Assembly: GCA_037139755.1 (NCBI GenBank)
Contig: JBAXFV010000001.1
Coordinates: 1-55,158 of the forward strand
Reading direction: 5' to 3'
Source of the DNA: Chlorobiaceae bacterium
GTDB lineage: Bacteria; Bacteroidota; Chlorobiia; Chlorobiales; Chlorobiaceae
Length of the DNA stretch: 55,158 nt
Shown here: one piece after another, positions 30,905-41,094 of the stretch
Numbering within the stretch: the stretch's first letter is position 1
How the letters are laid out: the number at the start of each line of letters is the position of its first letter
Made by a program: the position numbers and the translations under genes
The notes under the pieces: generated by a model
Told to the model about the DNA's origin: nothing
The model's input: the letters and a program-made list of their open reading frames with translations, nothing else
Database searches by the model: none

Positions 30905-31912
30905 TCAGAGCCCTTGAATGTATTTCATACCAACCATACCCGCAACAAGCAGGTTGTTGATTAAAAACAAAAAATTGTTCGCAACCTGAAATCTCAGAAA
31001 TGTATTGTGTTCCTGGACATCACTTTTACCTATCGCATTACCAAAACCATCCTCAACTGCCCCTTTCATAAAAGAAATCCCGCCTTTAGGATCACGCAAA
31101 AGCTGCACCTGAAGAACCAGATTCAACGCAAGGCCAATCAGGACAAAAACTGCTGGAATAATAAAACCCCAACTAAATGAAAGATAAGCAAGTACAGCAA
31201 AAACAGTGTCAATAATCATAAATGAAACCAGAAAAGTATTTCTGGCGCCGATCATGACGGTCAAGGATTTCAGTCCCCCCTCCTTGTCGCCTTCAGCCGA
31301 TTTGAAATCATTAAGAATAATCAAGGCGACTGCCATGAAAAAATTTAGACTGGCAAGCCATAATGCTTCAGGACGTATATCAGCAAACAAGGCATTTCCT
31401 GACAAAAAAGGAGCCAGACCATAAGAAAAACCTACTGCAGGTGCCGATGCTAATATATTTTTTTTGAGCTTGAGAGGTGGTGCTGAATAGATATAGGCAA
31501 CAAAGAGTGCTACCAATATTGAGATCAGTATTACCAGCCCCCTGATGCCGCCAATATGTATCCAGAGGAACACTCCAAGTCCAATAGCAAGCAACAAGGC
31601 AATAATACTGTTCAATAACCCCTCTTTCTCGCTCAGACGACCTGAAGGAATTGGACGAGATGGCTCATTGACCCGGTCCAGTTCAAGATCAAAACAGTCA
31701 TTGACTGACTGGCTGAAGCCAGTGCCGAGAGGACCAAACATCAGAAAAATAGCAAGAAGAAGAAGATAGTCATGAAATGTACCCCGCATGGCGCCTGATG
31801 CCATGACACCACCGGCAAGACATGGAAAAACGCTGATCCAGGTAACAGGATCCAGCAATTCAAGATGTGCTCTTACTTTATCGATCAGCCCAATTTTTGC
31901 GGGAACTGGCAT
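30905..31912 (-). CDS. bchK: Bacteriochlorophyll c/d/e synthase (UbiA family)
   Basis: HLELLDPVTW, QSVND.FD.ELD.VNEP.RPIPSG, YSAPPLKLK, NDFKSAEGD. Confidence 0.85.
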   Translation of the reverse strand: MPVPAKIGLIDKVRAHLELLDPVTWISVFPCLAGGVMASGAMRGTFHDYLLLLAIFLMFGPLGTGFSQSVNDCFDLELDRVNEPSRPIPSGRLSEKEGLLNSIIALLLAIGLGVFLWIHIGGIRGLVILISILVALFVAYIYSAPPLKLKKNILASAPAVGFSYGLAPFLSGNALFADIRPEALWLASLNFFMAVALIILNDFKSAEGDKEGGLKSLTVMIGARNTFLVSFMIIDTVFAVLAYLSFSWGFIIPAVFVLIGLALNLVLQVQLLRDPKGGISFMKGAVEDGFGNAIGKSDVQEHNTFLRFQVANNFLFLINNLLVAGMVGMKYIQGL

Positions 31913-31992
31913 ACGCTTACTTCTCTCCGAAGCCTGATGGACGGCGGGTTAAATGATTGATATATTTCAGAACGCTAATTTACAAATACCAT

Positions 31993-33333
31993 TCAAGATA
32001 AAAAATATATATGTTCCGGCCTGCCAGTCAAGGTTGCTGATGTAGCTCCGGTGATGAACACGTTCAGAAAATCACCCGGCTGAAAGTTCTCCCGATCGAA
32101 GACAACCGCGCGGTTGCCGGCCGTCCGCCCCATAAGCTGCTTAGGCGAACGCCGACTTTCAGATTCAGCCAGCACCTCAACAACAGTGCCGATCGCTTCA
32201 TGGAAAAGTTCGCCTGAAATGCGGTTCTGCAGATCGATAATCTCCTGCAAACGCCGCTTTTTGACTGGTTCCGGCACATCATCCTCAAGCGTTCTTGCAG
32301 CAAGAGTTCCCGGTCTGGTTGAATAATAAAACATGTAGGCTGAGTCAAACCGGATATCGGCAAGAAGCTCAAGAGAAGCCTGGTGATCTTCCTCCAGCTC
32401 ACCACAGAATCCGGCAATGATATCAGTTGAAAGGGCGACATCCGGAATCACTGAGCGAATCAAGGCTATTTTTTCCCTGTACTCCTCAATGGTATGTCCG
32501 CGATTCATGCGACCAAGCATTCTGGATGATCCGGACTGCACCGGCAAATGAAGAGCGTTACAGACGTTCGGACGAGAAGCAATCGTTCGGACAAGAGATT
32601 CGGAAATATCTTTTGGATGCGATGTGGTAAAGCGGATTCGTGCCAGAGGTGCTTCCCTACTTACTGCATCAAGAAGAGCAGCAAAGTCGCAGCCTTCGTC
32701 AACATCACCGTAGGAGTTGACATTCTGGCCAAGCAAAGTAATCTCCCGATAACCGGAAGCAACAAGCGTCTGAACTTCTGCAATGACAGAGCTGAAGGGC
32801 TGACTGCGTTCACGACCGCGGGTAAACGGCACAACACAATAGGCACACATATTGTTGCAACCCCGCATGACGGGAACAAAGGCGCTGGTCGCACCCTGAC
32901 GTACAGGTTCAACACCTTCATAGGTTTCAGCAGAGTTGAACTCCAGTGACGCGAGCTTTCCTCCTCGGCGAACCTGTTCAACAAGTGAGGGAATGGTACG
33001 ATAAGTATCCGGACCTGCAAGAAAATCAATCGCCGGATACAATGAAAACATCTCCTCGCGCTGGTACTGTGGAATACATCCAGCAACGCCAACAATCAGC
33101 CCTTTATCTCTTTTTTTCCGGCCATACAGATGCTGCAAAAAGTGCTCAATACGATCAACAGCATTTTCCCGGACGGCACAGGTATTGAGAAGGACTATAC
33201 CTGCCTCTGCCTCCTGTTCTGCCGGAATATAGCCCTCCTCCTGGAGAAGGGCTGATATAATACCAGAATCAGCCTGGTTCATCTGGCAACCAAACGTATG
33301 GATAAAAAAGGTTTTGCCTCTCTCGTCCCTCAT
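31993..33333 (-). CDS. miaB: tRNA i6A37 methylthiotransferase
   Basis: [39 protein letters not shown]-terminal TRAM domain; ATG 33333 (the track start overlaps iscU). Confidence 0.95.
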   Translation of the reverse strand: MRDERGKTFFIHTFGCQMNQADSGIISALLQEEGYIPAEQEAEAGIVLLNTCAVRENAVDRIEHFLQHLYGRKKRDKGLIVGVAGCIPQYQREEMFSLYPAIDFLAGPDTYRTIPSLVEQVRRGGKLASLEFNSAETYEGVEPVRQGATSAFVPVMRGCNNMCAYCVVPFTRGRERSQPFSSVIAEVQTLVASGYREITLLGQNVNSYGDVDEGCDFAALLDAVSREAPLARIRFTTSHPKDISESLVRTIASRPNVCNALHLPVQSGSSRMLGRMNRGHTIEEYREKIALIRSVIPDVALSTDIIAGFCGELEEDHQASLELLADIRFDSAYMFYYSTRPGTLAARTLEDDVPEPVKKRRLQEIIDLQNRISGELFHEAIGTVVEVLAESESRRSPKQLMGRTAGNRAVVFDRENFQPGDFLNVFITGATSATLTGRPEHIYFLS

Positions 33334-33337
33334 TATC

Positions 33338-33949
33338 TCATGCACCAAAATGTATGTGCTTGTATTTTTCGAGCAGCACCTCAGTTTCATCCTTGCACTG
33401 GCCGCAAACGGTACCACACTTGGTGTGCTCCTGAAGTTCAAAATAGGTGCGAGCCCCTTCAAGCACCGCATCCTCAATATCATGGTCAGTAATATTCATG
33501 CACTGGCAAATCACCTTGGCCTGCTCCTGCTTAACCTTGTCCTCCTGGCCGTTGCGGGTATAATAATTATTGATGGCTGCCCGCAATGCCTTGTCGCCAA
33601 GCACAGAACAGTGAATCTTGTGATCCGGAAGGCCTCCAAGCTCCAGGGCAACCTCTTTGGGAGAGATATGAAACGCATCATCAAGCGTCCTGCCCTTGAC
33701 CATTTCTGAAAGAACCGACGTACTGGCAATCGCGCTGGCACAACCATAGGTCTTCCACTGGCAATCGGTAATAGTCTCCTTCTCTTTGTCAACCTTTATG
33801 ACCACCATCATCTGATCTCCGCACTGCAGATTACCCTCCATCCCGACGCCATCGAAATCATCAGTATTCTCTCCTTGCAGAATATTCTTCGGGTTCATGA
33901 AATGTTCCTTCAGTGTTTCGCTATATGCCCATTCACCTGCTTGCAGCAT
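33338..33949 (-). CDS. iscU: Fe-S scaffold, IscU/NifU-N domain fused to a BFD-like [2Fe-2S] domain
   Basis: [30 protein letters not shown], then ICQC...[10 protein letters not shown]. Confidence 0.85.
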   Translation of the reverse strand: MLQAGEWAYSETLKEHFMNPKNILQGENTDDFDGVGMEGNLQCGDQMMVVIKVDKEKETITDCQWKTYGCASAIASTSVLSEMVKGRTLDDAFHISPKEVALELGGLPDHKIHCSVLGDKALRAAINNYYTRNGQEDKVKQEQAKVICQCMNITDHDIEDAVLEGARTYFELQEHTKCGTVCGQCKDETEVLLEKYKHIHFGA

Positions 33950-35135
33950 GCAATCCTCCTTTAATATATGCCGTTGACATGTTTCTTATTCGTTGAATTA
34001 TTGGTGGTAAAACATTAAGCAGGTACTCCACCTCCTGCATTGAACTTTCTCGGCCCATACTGAACCTTATCGATCCATGGGCAAGCTCGGCATCGACACC
34101 CGTTGCAAGAAGAACATGGGAAGGATCAAGAGAACCTGAAGCACATGCTGATCCGGTAGAAACCGCAATGCCTTCAAGGTCCAGGTAGAGCAGGATAGCC
34201 TCGCCTTCAACTCCCGTAAATGAGACATTGAGGGTACTGGCAAGCGCATCTGTCGGGTGCCCGTTGATAGCAATATCATCAATACTCTCTTCAATCCCTT
34301 TTTGCAATACCCGTTTCAAGAGAAGCAACCGCTCCTCCTCTTCAGGCATTTCGATCATTCTCATCTCTGCCGCTTTTCCCATTCCAAGAATACCAAGAGT
34401 ATTTTCAGTTCCTGCACGCCGGCCACGCTCCTGATGACCTCCTCTGATCAAGGGGCAATAGGGAGTTCCATGTTTTACAAAAAGCGCTCCGACCCCTTTC
34501 GGTCCATATATTTTATGAGCTGAAATAGTAAGAAAATCTACACCGAGCTTTCGAACATCGACAGGAACTTTACCGACTGCCTGAACAGCATCAGTGTGCA
34601 TAAAGGCGCCACATTCATGCACCATTCTTGTAATGGCTTCAATATCCTGCAAAGTACCGATCTCATTGTTGGCCATCATGACGGAGACCAGACCGACATC
34701 ATCGCCAAGCATACCGGCAAGTTGATCGAGATCAATTTTACCATACCGGTCAACATTAAGGTATTTCACCCTTGCGCCTTGATGAGCAAGGCACTCAGAG
34801 GTCTCAAGCACACAGGGATGCTCAATTTTAGTGGTAATTATGGTGCTGCGTCTTGTGCCTGGAATACACTGGCTGGAAGAGCAGACAAAAAGCGAAAGCA
34901 CCGTATTGTTTGCTTCCGATCCGCTTCCGACAAAAATAATTTCATTCTCTTGCGCTCCAATAAAATCAGCTACTTTCCGGCGAGCATCCTCCACATTTGC
35001 CCTTGCTTCACGCCCGTAAGCATGCATGCTGGAAGGATTACCAAACATCTCCATGGCCGCAATCATCTCTTTTTTCACCTCCGGGTGCAGCGGTGTTGTG
35101 GCATTGTGATCAAAATATACCTTCATGTCTGCCAT
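33933..35135 (-). CDS. iscS: Cysteine desulfurase (NifS/IscS class I)
   Basis: YFDHNATTP, GNPSS, MANNEIG, HTDAVQ, SAHKIYGPKG, STGSACAS. Confidence 0.92.
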   Translation of the reverse strand: MADMKVYFDHNATTPLHPEVKKEMIAAMEMFGNPSSMHAYGREARANVEDARRKVADFIGAQENEIIFVGSGSEANNTVLSLFVCSSSQCIPGTRRSTIITTKIEHPCVLETSECLAHQGARVKYLNVDRYGKIDLDQLAGMLGDDVGLVSVMMANNEIGTLQDIEAITRMVHECGAFMHTDAVQAVGKVPVDVRKLGVDFLTISAHKIYGPKGVGALFVKHGTPYCPLIRGGHQERGRRAGTENTLGILGMGKAAEMRMIEMPEEEERLLLLKRVLQKGIEESIDDIAINGHPTDALASTLNVSFTGVEGEAILLYLDLEGIAVSTGSACASGSLDPSHVLLATGVDAELAHGSIRFSMGRESSMQEVEYLLNVLPPIIQRIRNMSTAYIKGGLHAASR

Positions 35136-35525
35136 AATACTTTCAAAATTCCTGGTTAGGGCTCAAGGCCTTATTAAAAAACCAATAATAGCCAATAAAC
35201 TTTCTTTATCACAACGACTACTTTCATAAAAAATAGTGCTGAATGCATCAACATCAAGAATACCTTTCAGTTGAGACTGGTTTCAGCCATAGTAAACTTT
35301 CTCTTGAACGGTCTCGATTAATGCTGATCACAACAATTGTGGAAGAAGATAGCACGAATATGCATTAAGGAATGCATAAACCCCACTATTAATTCCTTAA
35401 GGAGACTTTTTTTATCCTATTAATATTTGTAACACGACAATATCCTGAAAACGGGTATTAGGGAATGGTGAAAACAGAAAAAATGAGACTTCTTTGGCCC
35501 ACGGCTGAGAGCCTGGAGGAAAAGC

Positions 35526-35972
35526 TTAAAATAACCTTTTGAAAAAGTAAAGAATTGCAAGTACAACAAATACAAAAAGAACAATACCGATTTTTACCAT
35601 GATTCTGACCGGTGGGAACCTGATACTCTTGATAATCTCATAAACATCACGCCTAAGGGCACTCCTTCCCTTACCTCCATCAATTGAAACAGTCGTCTGA
35701 GCCGGGCTATATATCTGGAGCTCCCTCCTGCATTGCTCCAGGGTTTCCTCGTTATGGATCCCCATCTCCTGCGCATATTCCTTAATATAGGTAAAAATAT
35801 ACACCCTGGGTAAAAAGCTAAAATCCCCTGCTTCAATTTTCTCAAGATAATTTTTTTTGATCTTGATGAGTTGACCTACATCCTCCAGAGTAAGCTCTTT
35901 TTTAATCCTGACATTTTTCAACTCCCTTGCCATAAGCTCCAAGGCCTTGCTACCTGACACCTTTTCCGTCAT
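35526..35972 (-). CDS. RodZ-like HTH protein with a single C-terminal TM segment
   Basis: LTLEDV..LIKIK..YLEKIEAGDFSFLP.VY...YIKEYA; hydrophobic C-terminus. Confidence 0.8.
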   Translation of the reverse strand: MTEKVSGSKALELMARELKNVRIKKELTLEDVGQLIKIKKNYLEKIEAGDFSFLPRVYIFTYIKEYAQEMGIHNEETLEQCRRELQIYSPAQTTVSIDGGKGRSALRRDVYEIIKSIRFPPVRIMVKIGIVLFVFVVLAILYFFKRLF

Positions 35973-36053
35973 AAATAAATCCGGATAGAGATAACATGAG
36001 AAGAGGTATATATTATGTCTGAATTTACTAAAAAAACTATTCCTTCTACTTAC

Positions 36054-38132
36054 TTAATCAACTCCATAAGAGGAGATATACCGCCACACATCACTTCCGT
36101 CAGCAGAATTATTTCCGAGAAAAAACAATGCGTCTGAACCAGAAAGAGTACTCTCCATCTTTTTACCAATCTGCTGATGAAGGGCTTCAAGATCAGCCCT
36201 GCTGAAATTTTTCCAGAGAAGAAAAATCCGTTCACGAGGAAAAAACAGTTTATGCAACCGGGCTCCCGAGAGATTATTGACGCTGTAAAACAATATTGTG
36301 GAGCTTTCGGATACCCGCTCATGCTTTTCTGCCAACAGAACAAATTCCTTCATCGACTGCACGCATGAATATCCCTGTTGAACAAAAAGATCATGTTCGC
36401 TCCCAAGCATATGATATGGAAAGAGCTTATCCGCTATAACAACGACATGACTGGAGGCACTTATTAATCCTGCAAAAGGATTGTACAACGCCTTGGTAAA
36501 CAACACCTGTTTGCTGTCAAGTGAATAAGAACGAGGAGACGCTGAGGTTAGCTCACCAAGAAAAGAACGTATCCCTGATTCAACTGTATGAAGGGAGTCA
36601 ACAGGATATTCGCTGCTGGCGATCTGCAATTGCCTCTTGCCAATAAACATGGCACCGTAAAGACTGTCAGAAAACAACGGCTTGATTATGACCTGACCCT
36701 CATGCAATGCCCCCTGAACCGTGCGGAGCGTTACCGGGATAAGTTGGATGGTTTCGGCTGCAACCGGGTTTATAACCCGAACCTCCGAAAGCAGTTCCAA
36801 CATCTTCCCTCTTTTACGATTAAGTGCCTGATCAATGAACTTGCTGTTTTCCTCACCTTGAGCACGAATAAAAATATCTGCTTTCCGCTGAATCAGTCCC
36901 GAAATTTCTTGCTGCAATCGCCTTACCTTCGACTCAAGAACTTCATGACCTTTGCCGAGCGTGAAACTATTTGGATATCTCTCCAGTATACGCTTCAGGT
37001 CAAGCATACCAATTTTCTCTCCGGCATCGAAAAGCTCAAAAATCCTTGATCTTTCCAGAAGCATACCAGTCAAACTCCGCCCTGCACTTTTTTCAAGCTG
37101 AAGAAGCTCACTTGTCGGCCAGGGTGGTGCGCTATCCCTGCCAAGGGAAAAACCCTGTTGCAAAGCAGCAATCCGCTCCGCGCCTTCAAGCGACCTGCTT
37201 CCGGCAAGCATAAAAAGCGATGCTGCCTGAGCATACTGCATATTTTTTATTCGAAAATAGTCAGCAGCCTCGCGAAAAGGATCTGATTTACGAACAATGA
37301 CGGCATTTGATTCAAGACGAAGCACCTGCAAAAGAAAAGGGTTTCGCGACTCCTCCGCCAAAATAAGAGCTTTGAACAGGAGATAGCTTGCATTTCTGCG
37401 CTGTTTTTCAAGAAGCTGAAGGCTTTTTGATGCCGCTCTGAGCGCCTGGATTCTCGGTATCAATTCTCCCTTGATCGCTAAAACCCGTCCGGACTCAGCA
37501 GCAATTCTCCCTGCAAGAGCATCGGCAGTTTCATGAACGAGTTGCGGCTGAGCAACTTTGCACTGCAGGAGCCCGGCCCAGGCAGTTATCCTGGTAACCG
37601 GATCGTGCTCGTGTCCTGCAAAATTACTATAAATCATTGCCGCCTTCTCATAGTCGCCGTCCTCACTGTACAAAGAGGCCAACTCAAGCCGAAGTCCGGG
37701 CAAGGGTAAGAGGACTTTTTCAAGTGCTGCCGCAGCCTCTTTGAAATTTCCCAGTTCGCGAAGCCAGGTTGCCTTATCGACAAGTATTCTGGTGCGAAGT
37801 GAATCCGACAGTATTCCCGCTGGAAGTTTTTCAAGACGCGCCGTGCTTTTGAGCGCTTCACCATACTCACCGGTCAAGCCTTCGATAACTCTCTTCTCAT
37901 ATAAGGCGCTGATCACCCGTGGTGCGGTTATATGCAGGGTATCAAGATCAAGAGCCTTATTATAAAAATCAAGAGCCTTCAAATATTCATGACTGCGACT
38001 GCTGGTATTGGCTTGCTTGTAAAACAACGCTATCGTTTCTTCCGGGTTATTGCCTGCATGACACCCTGAAAAAAGCAGAAAAAGAGCAAAAAGCACCATT
38101 CCTGACGGAACCCGCCGGAAATGAATTTCCAT
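36054..38132 (-). CDS. Putative lipoprotein with TPR repeats and a degenerate CHAT-like region
   Basis: Lipobox LFSGC, TPR-like helices, coiled coil, pseudo-caspase-like segment. Confidence 0.7.
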   Translation of the reverse strand: MEIHFRRVPSGMVLFALFLLFSGCHAGNNPEETIALFYKQANTSSRSHEYLKALDFYNKALDLDTLHITAPRVISALYEKRVIEGLTGEYGEALKSTARLEKLPAGILSDSLRTRILVDKATWLRELGNFKEAAAALEKVLLPLPGLRLELASLYSEDGDYEKAAMIYSNFAGHEHDPVTRITAWAGLLQCKVAQPQLVHETADALAGRIAAESGRVLAIKGELIPRIQALRAASKSLQLLEKQRRNASYLLFKALILAEESRNPFLLQVLRLESNAVIVRKSDPFREAADYFRIKNMQYAQAASLFMLAGSRSLEGAERIAALQQGFSLGRDSAPPWPTSELLQLEKSAGRSLTGMLLERSRIFELFDAGEKIGMLDLKRILERYPNSFTLGKGHEVLESKVRRLQQEISGLIQRKADIFIRAQGEENSKFIDQALNRKRGKMLELLSEVRVINPVAAETIQLIPVTLRTVQGALHEGQVIIKPLFSDSLYGAMFIGKRQLQIASSEYPVDSLHTVESGIRSFLGELTSASPRSYSLDSKQVLFTKALYNPFAGLISASSHVVVIADKLFPYHMLGSEHDLFVQQGYSCVQSMKEFVLLAEKHERVSESSTILFYSVNNLSGARLHKLFFPRERIFLLWKNFSRADLEALHQQIGKKMESTLSGSDALFFLGNNSADGSDVWRYISSYGVD

Positions 38133-38227
38133 AACGGAGAGCCTCCAGCTCCCTTTTCAAAAATTTAGTCGTATGTTGAGAGGAATATAACGGAACTTTT
38201 GAGTTAACACGAAAACAGCAGACAATC

Positions 38228-38674
38228 ATGATAGCAGAAAAAACTAAAGCACCGGCGTTTACCCTTCCTGACGCCGAAGGTCAGAACGTTTCTCTCTACG
38301 ACTTTACCGGAAAAAAAGTATTGATAATCTTTTACCCGGGTGACGACACTCCCGTTTGTACGGCACAAATGTGCGATTACCGGAACAATGTTCAGGAGTT
38401 CACGAAAAGGGGGATTGCTGTGCTTGGCATCAGCTCCGACAGTGCTGCCTCGCACAAAAGCTTTGCCGAGCGTAACCAACTCCCCTTCACCCTGTTGAGC
38501 GACACCGAAAAAACAGTTGCAAAAGCCTACGATGCTCTCGGTTTTCTGGGCATGTCGCAACGTGCTTATGTGCTTGTTGATGAAGCGGGAATGGTGATGC
38601 TGGCCTACAGCGATTTTCTGCCAATTATTTATCAGCCGATGAAGGATCTGCTCGCAAAAATCGATGCAGCATGA
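38228..38674 (+). CDS. bcp: Peroxiredoxin (Bcp/PrxQ)
   Basis: APAFTLPD, FYPGDDTPVCTAQMC (PxxxTxxC), GISSDS, FTLLSD. Confidence 0.9.
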   Translation: MIAEKTKAPAFTLPDAEGQNVSLYDFTGKKVLIIFYPGDDTPVCTAQMCDYRNNVQEFTKRGIAVLGISSDSAASHKSFAERNQLPFTLLSDTEKTVAKAYDALGFLGMSQRAYVLVDEAGMVMLAYSDFLPIIYQPMKDLLAKIDAA

Positions 38675-38753
38675 GTTTCAATAATCCGGCGCATTTCTGT
38701 ATCTTCGCTCGAACTTTTTGTTTTCAGTAACAAATAATCTTGTATCCACTACC

Positions 38754-39176
38754 ATGGAAAGAACACTGACTATCCTGAAACCCGATTGCGTCCGCAAGAA
38801 TCTTGTCGGAGCTGTCATTAACCACATCGAACGTGCTGGCTTCCGCGTTGTGGCCATGAAAAAAATCCGGCTCACCACAGAGACTGCCGGAGAATTTTAT
38901 GCCGTGCACCGCGAACGCCCTTTTTATGGAGAGCTGGTTGAGTTCATGTCTTCCGGGCCTTGTGTACCAATGATTCTTGAGAAGGATAATGCTGTTGCAG
39001 ACTTCCGCACCGTCATTGGCGCCACCGATCCTGCCCAGGCGGACGAAGGCACCGTACGCAAGCTCTACGCTGACAGCAAGGGTGAGAACATCGTCCACGG
39101 ATCTGATTCTGTCGAAAATGCAGCTATTGAGGGTGCATTCTTCTTCTCAACTGAAGAGGTTGTCAGAGTAAGTTAA
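38754..39176 (+). CDS. ndk: Nucleoside diphosphate kinase
   Basis: [35 protein letters not shown]. Confidence 0.97.
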   Translation: MERTLTILKPDCVRKNLVGAVINHIERAGFRVVAMKKIRLTTETAGEFYAVHRERPFYGELVEFMSSGPCVPMILEKDNAVADFRTVIGATDPAQADEGTVRKLYADSKGENIVHGSDSVENAAIEGAFFFSTEEVVRVS

Positions 39177-39190
39177 GCCTCATTGCAGGA

Positions 39191-39230
39191 AACAACAAAA
39201 AAGCGATCGGAAGGTCGCTTTTTTGTTGTT
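39191..39230. terminator. Bidirectional terminator between ndk and the AI-2E gene
   Basis: AACAACAAAAAAGCGA...TCGCTTTTTTGTTGTT. Confidence 0.88.
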
Positions 39231-39234
39231 GAGA

Positions 39235-40323
39235 TCACCCATGACTGGATGGTTTGTCGCTTTTGATCTCTGAAAGGTACTCGCTGAAGCTCTCCCCGTA
39301 CATCTCCCATACGGTCATGAAAAGAGCGGCAACAATGGGACCAACAATAAATCCGAAAAGCCCGAACATCCCGATACCTCCGAGCGTTCCAAAAAAAATA
39401 AGAAGTTCGTGCATCTGAGTATCTCGTCCGATCAGAATGGGACGCAGAATATTGTCGATATGACCGACCACAATACTGCAAAAGAGCAGAAGACCAATGG
39501 CCTGGGGATACTGCCCTGTCGCGGCAAGATAGATGACCGCTGGTACCCAGACAATCGGAGGGCCAAGCACTGGTACCACTGAAATCAGCGACATGAGGGT
39601 ACCCCAGAAGATGGCGCTGTCGATCCCGGCCAGATGCAGGGCAAAACCGGCAAGAGTGCCCTGCACAATTCCCACCACCATATTTCCTTTGATAGTTGCC
39701 CTTGTCACGGAAAGAAACTTGTCAAGCAGCCTGTACTGATCACTGTTCGTCAGCGGCAACCAGGAGAGTAGCTTTGCCAATAACAATCTTCCGTCCCTTA
39801 AAAAAAAGAACATGGTGTAAAGAAAGGTAAAGATCAGAAAAAGGTCATTGACGGCAGAGTAAGTCACTGAGGAGATGGTGTTGAAAAGCATCGCCCCTGT
39901 TGTGCTGGCAAGCTCTCCGGCTTTCTTCAGGATCTCCTCACGATAGAGTTCAATGTCGGGATAAAATGAGAGCGAACGAAGCTGTTGGTCAAATGCGGCT
40001 GGCTCAAGGATCTGCTGCTGTACCCAGGGTACGGCAAGACGACTTATTCTGACTGCCTGTTTTGCCACAACACCGAGCAGAGCTGCGAGAGGCAGCACAA
40101 CGATGAGCAGCATAACAAGCATCGTCATTGCCGCACTCAGGCTTTTACTTCCCCTGAACCAGCGCTCAAACCGGTTGAAAACTGGCATTACAAGCGCAGA
40201 AAAAAGAGCGGCAAGAAAAATAACCATGAGGAAATAACGGATCATGGCAAAAAAAATGGCCGAAATGAACAGGAGAAGGAGAAGGAGAATAACCTGGTTT
40301 GCTTTGATTCTGTTCATGATCAT
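39235..40323 (-). CDS. AI-2E family transporter
   Basis: Multi-TM; FFFLRDG, QGTLAG, DNILRPILIG, GTLGGIGMFGLFGFIVGP. Confidence 0.88.
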   Translation of the reverse strand: MIMNRIKANQVILLLLLLFISAIFFAMIRYFLMVIFLAALFSALVMPVFNRFERWFRGSKSLSAAMTMLVMLLIVVLPLAALLGVVAKQAVRISRLAVPWVQQQILEPAAFDQQLRSLSFYPDIELYREEILKKAGELASTTGAMLFNTISSVTYSAVNDLFLIFTFLYTMFFFLRDGRLLLAKLLSWLPLTNSDQYRLLDKFLSVTRATIKGNMVVGIVQGTLAGFALHLAGIDSAIFWGTLMSLISVVPVLGPPIVWVPAVIYLAATGQYPQAIGLLLFCSIVVGHIDNILRPILIGRDTQMHELLIFFGTLGGIGMFGLFGFIVGPIVAALFMTVWEMYGESFSEYLSEIKSDKPSSHG

Positions 40324-40343
40324 TTTTTTATGAGCCAAAAAAC

Positions 40344-41087
40344 TTAAAACCACTCCACGTAATCCTCGTTGAGAAGCTGTGAACGAACATAAGCTACGGC
40401 AAAAATCCCCGCCGTTTCAGCCCTGAGAATTGTCCTTCCAAGCGAGATTGCACGAAACCCTGCACTCCGGGCTTCCTCTACCTCACCATCAGTAAACCCG
40501 CCTTCGCCACCAATCAGAAAAATTGACTGTTTTCCGCAACACTCTACCTCTGGCGGGATCTCGGAGCCCTCATAAGGAATCAGCTTGAGATCATAACCCG
40601 GAAGGGCAATAACCTTCCTGAAAGAGAGCGGTTCACTGAGTTGTGGCAGGTAATACCGTTTTGACTGTCGTGCCGCTGACAAAACAATCGTCCGCCATCG
40701 CTTGAGCTTGCTCTGAACTTTTTCACTTGACACCTGGGAGATCGTCCTTGAGGTCATCATGGGAATGATGGTGGATACTCCAAGCTCGGTGGCCTTTTCC
40801 AGAAAGAGCTCAAACCTTTGGGGTGCCTTGAGCAGAGAAAGGGCAACCGTCACGCCGGTTTTTGGACGTTCAAAGCGCGTATGACCAAGAATTTGCCCCT
40901 TCAGTGAGGTTTTGCCAACATCCAAAATACTGACCTCGCAGCACAGGCCAAAACCGTCGGTTACAAAAATACGCTCCCCCTCTTTTTTTCGCAGCACCCG
41001 CACAAGATGATGAAACTCATCACCATCAAGAACAAGGCGCTGTGTATGAAGATCGATGTTCTCCACCGAAGTATAAAAAAGTTCCAT
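40344..41087 (-). CDS. rsmE: 16S rRNA m3U1498 methyltransferase
   Basis: HHLVRVLR, EKATELGV, AARQSKR, IGGEGGFT, LGRTILRAETA. Confidence 0.93.
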   Translation of the reverse strand: MELFYTSVENIDLHTQRLVLDGDEFHHLVRVLRKKEGERIFVTDGFGLCCEVSILDVGKTSLKGQILGHTRFERPKTGVTVALSLLKAPQRFELFLEKATELGVSTIIPMMTSRTISQVSSEKVQSKLKRWRTIVLSAARQSKRYYLPQLSEPLSFRKVIALPGYDLKLIPYEGSEIPPEVECCGKQSIFLIGGEGGFTDGEVEEARSAGFRAISLGRTILRAETAGIFAVAYVRSQLLNEDYVEWF

Positions 41088-41094
41088 TGGCTTT

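Noticed and set aside
33334-33483. Extended MiaB N-terminus
   Set aside because: Overlaps iscU; MiaB homology starts at ATG 33333.
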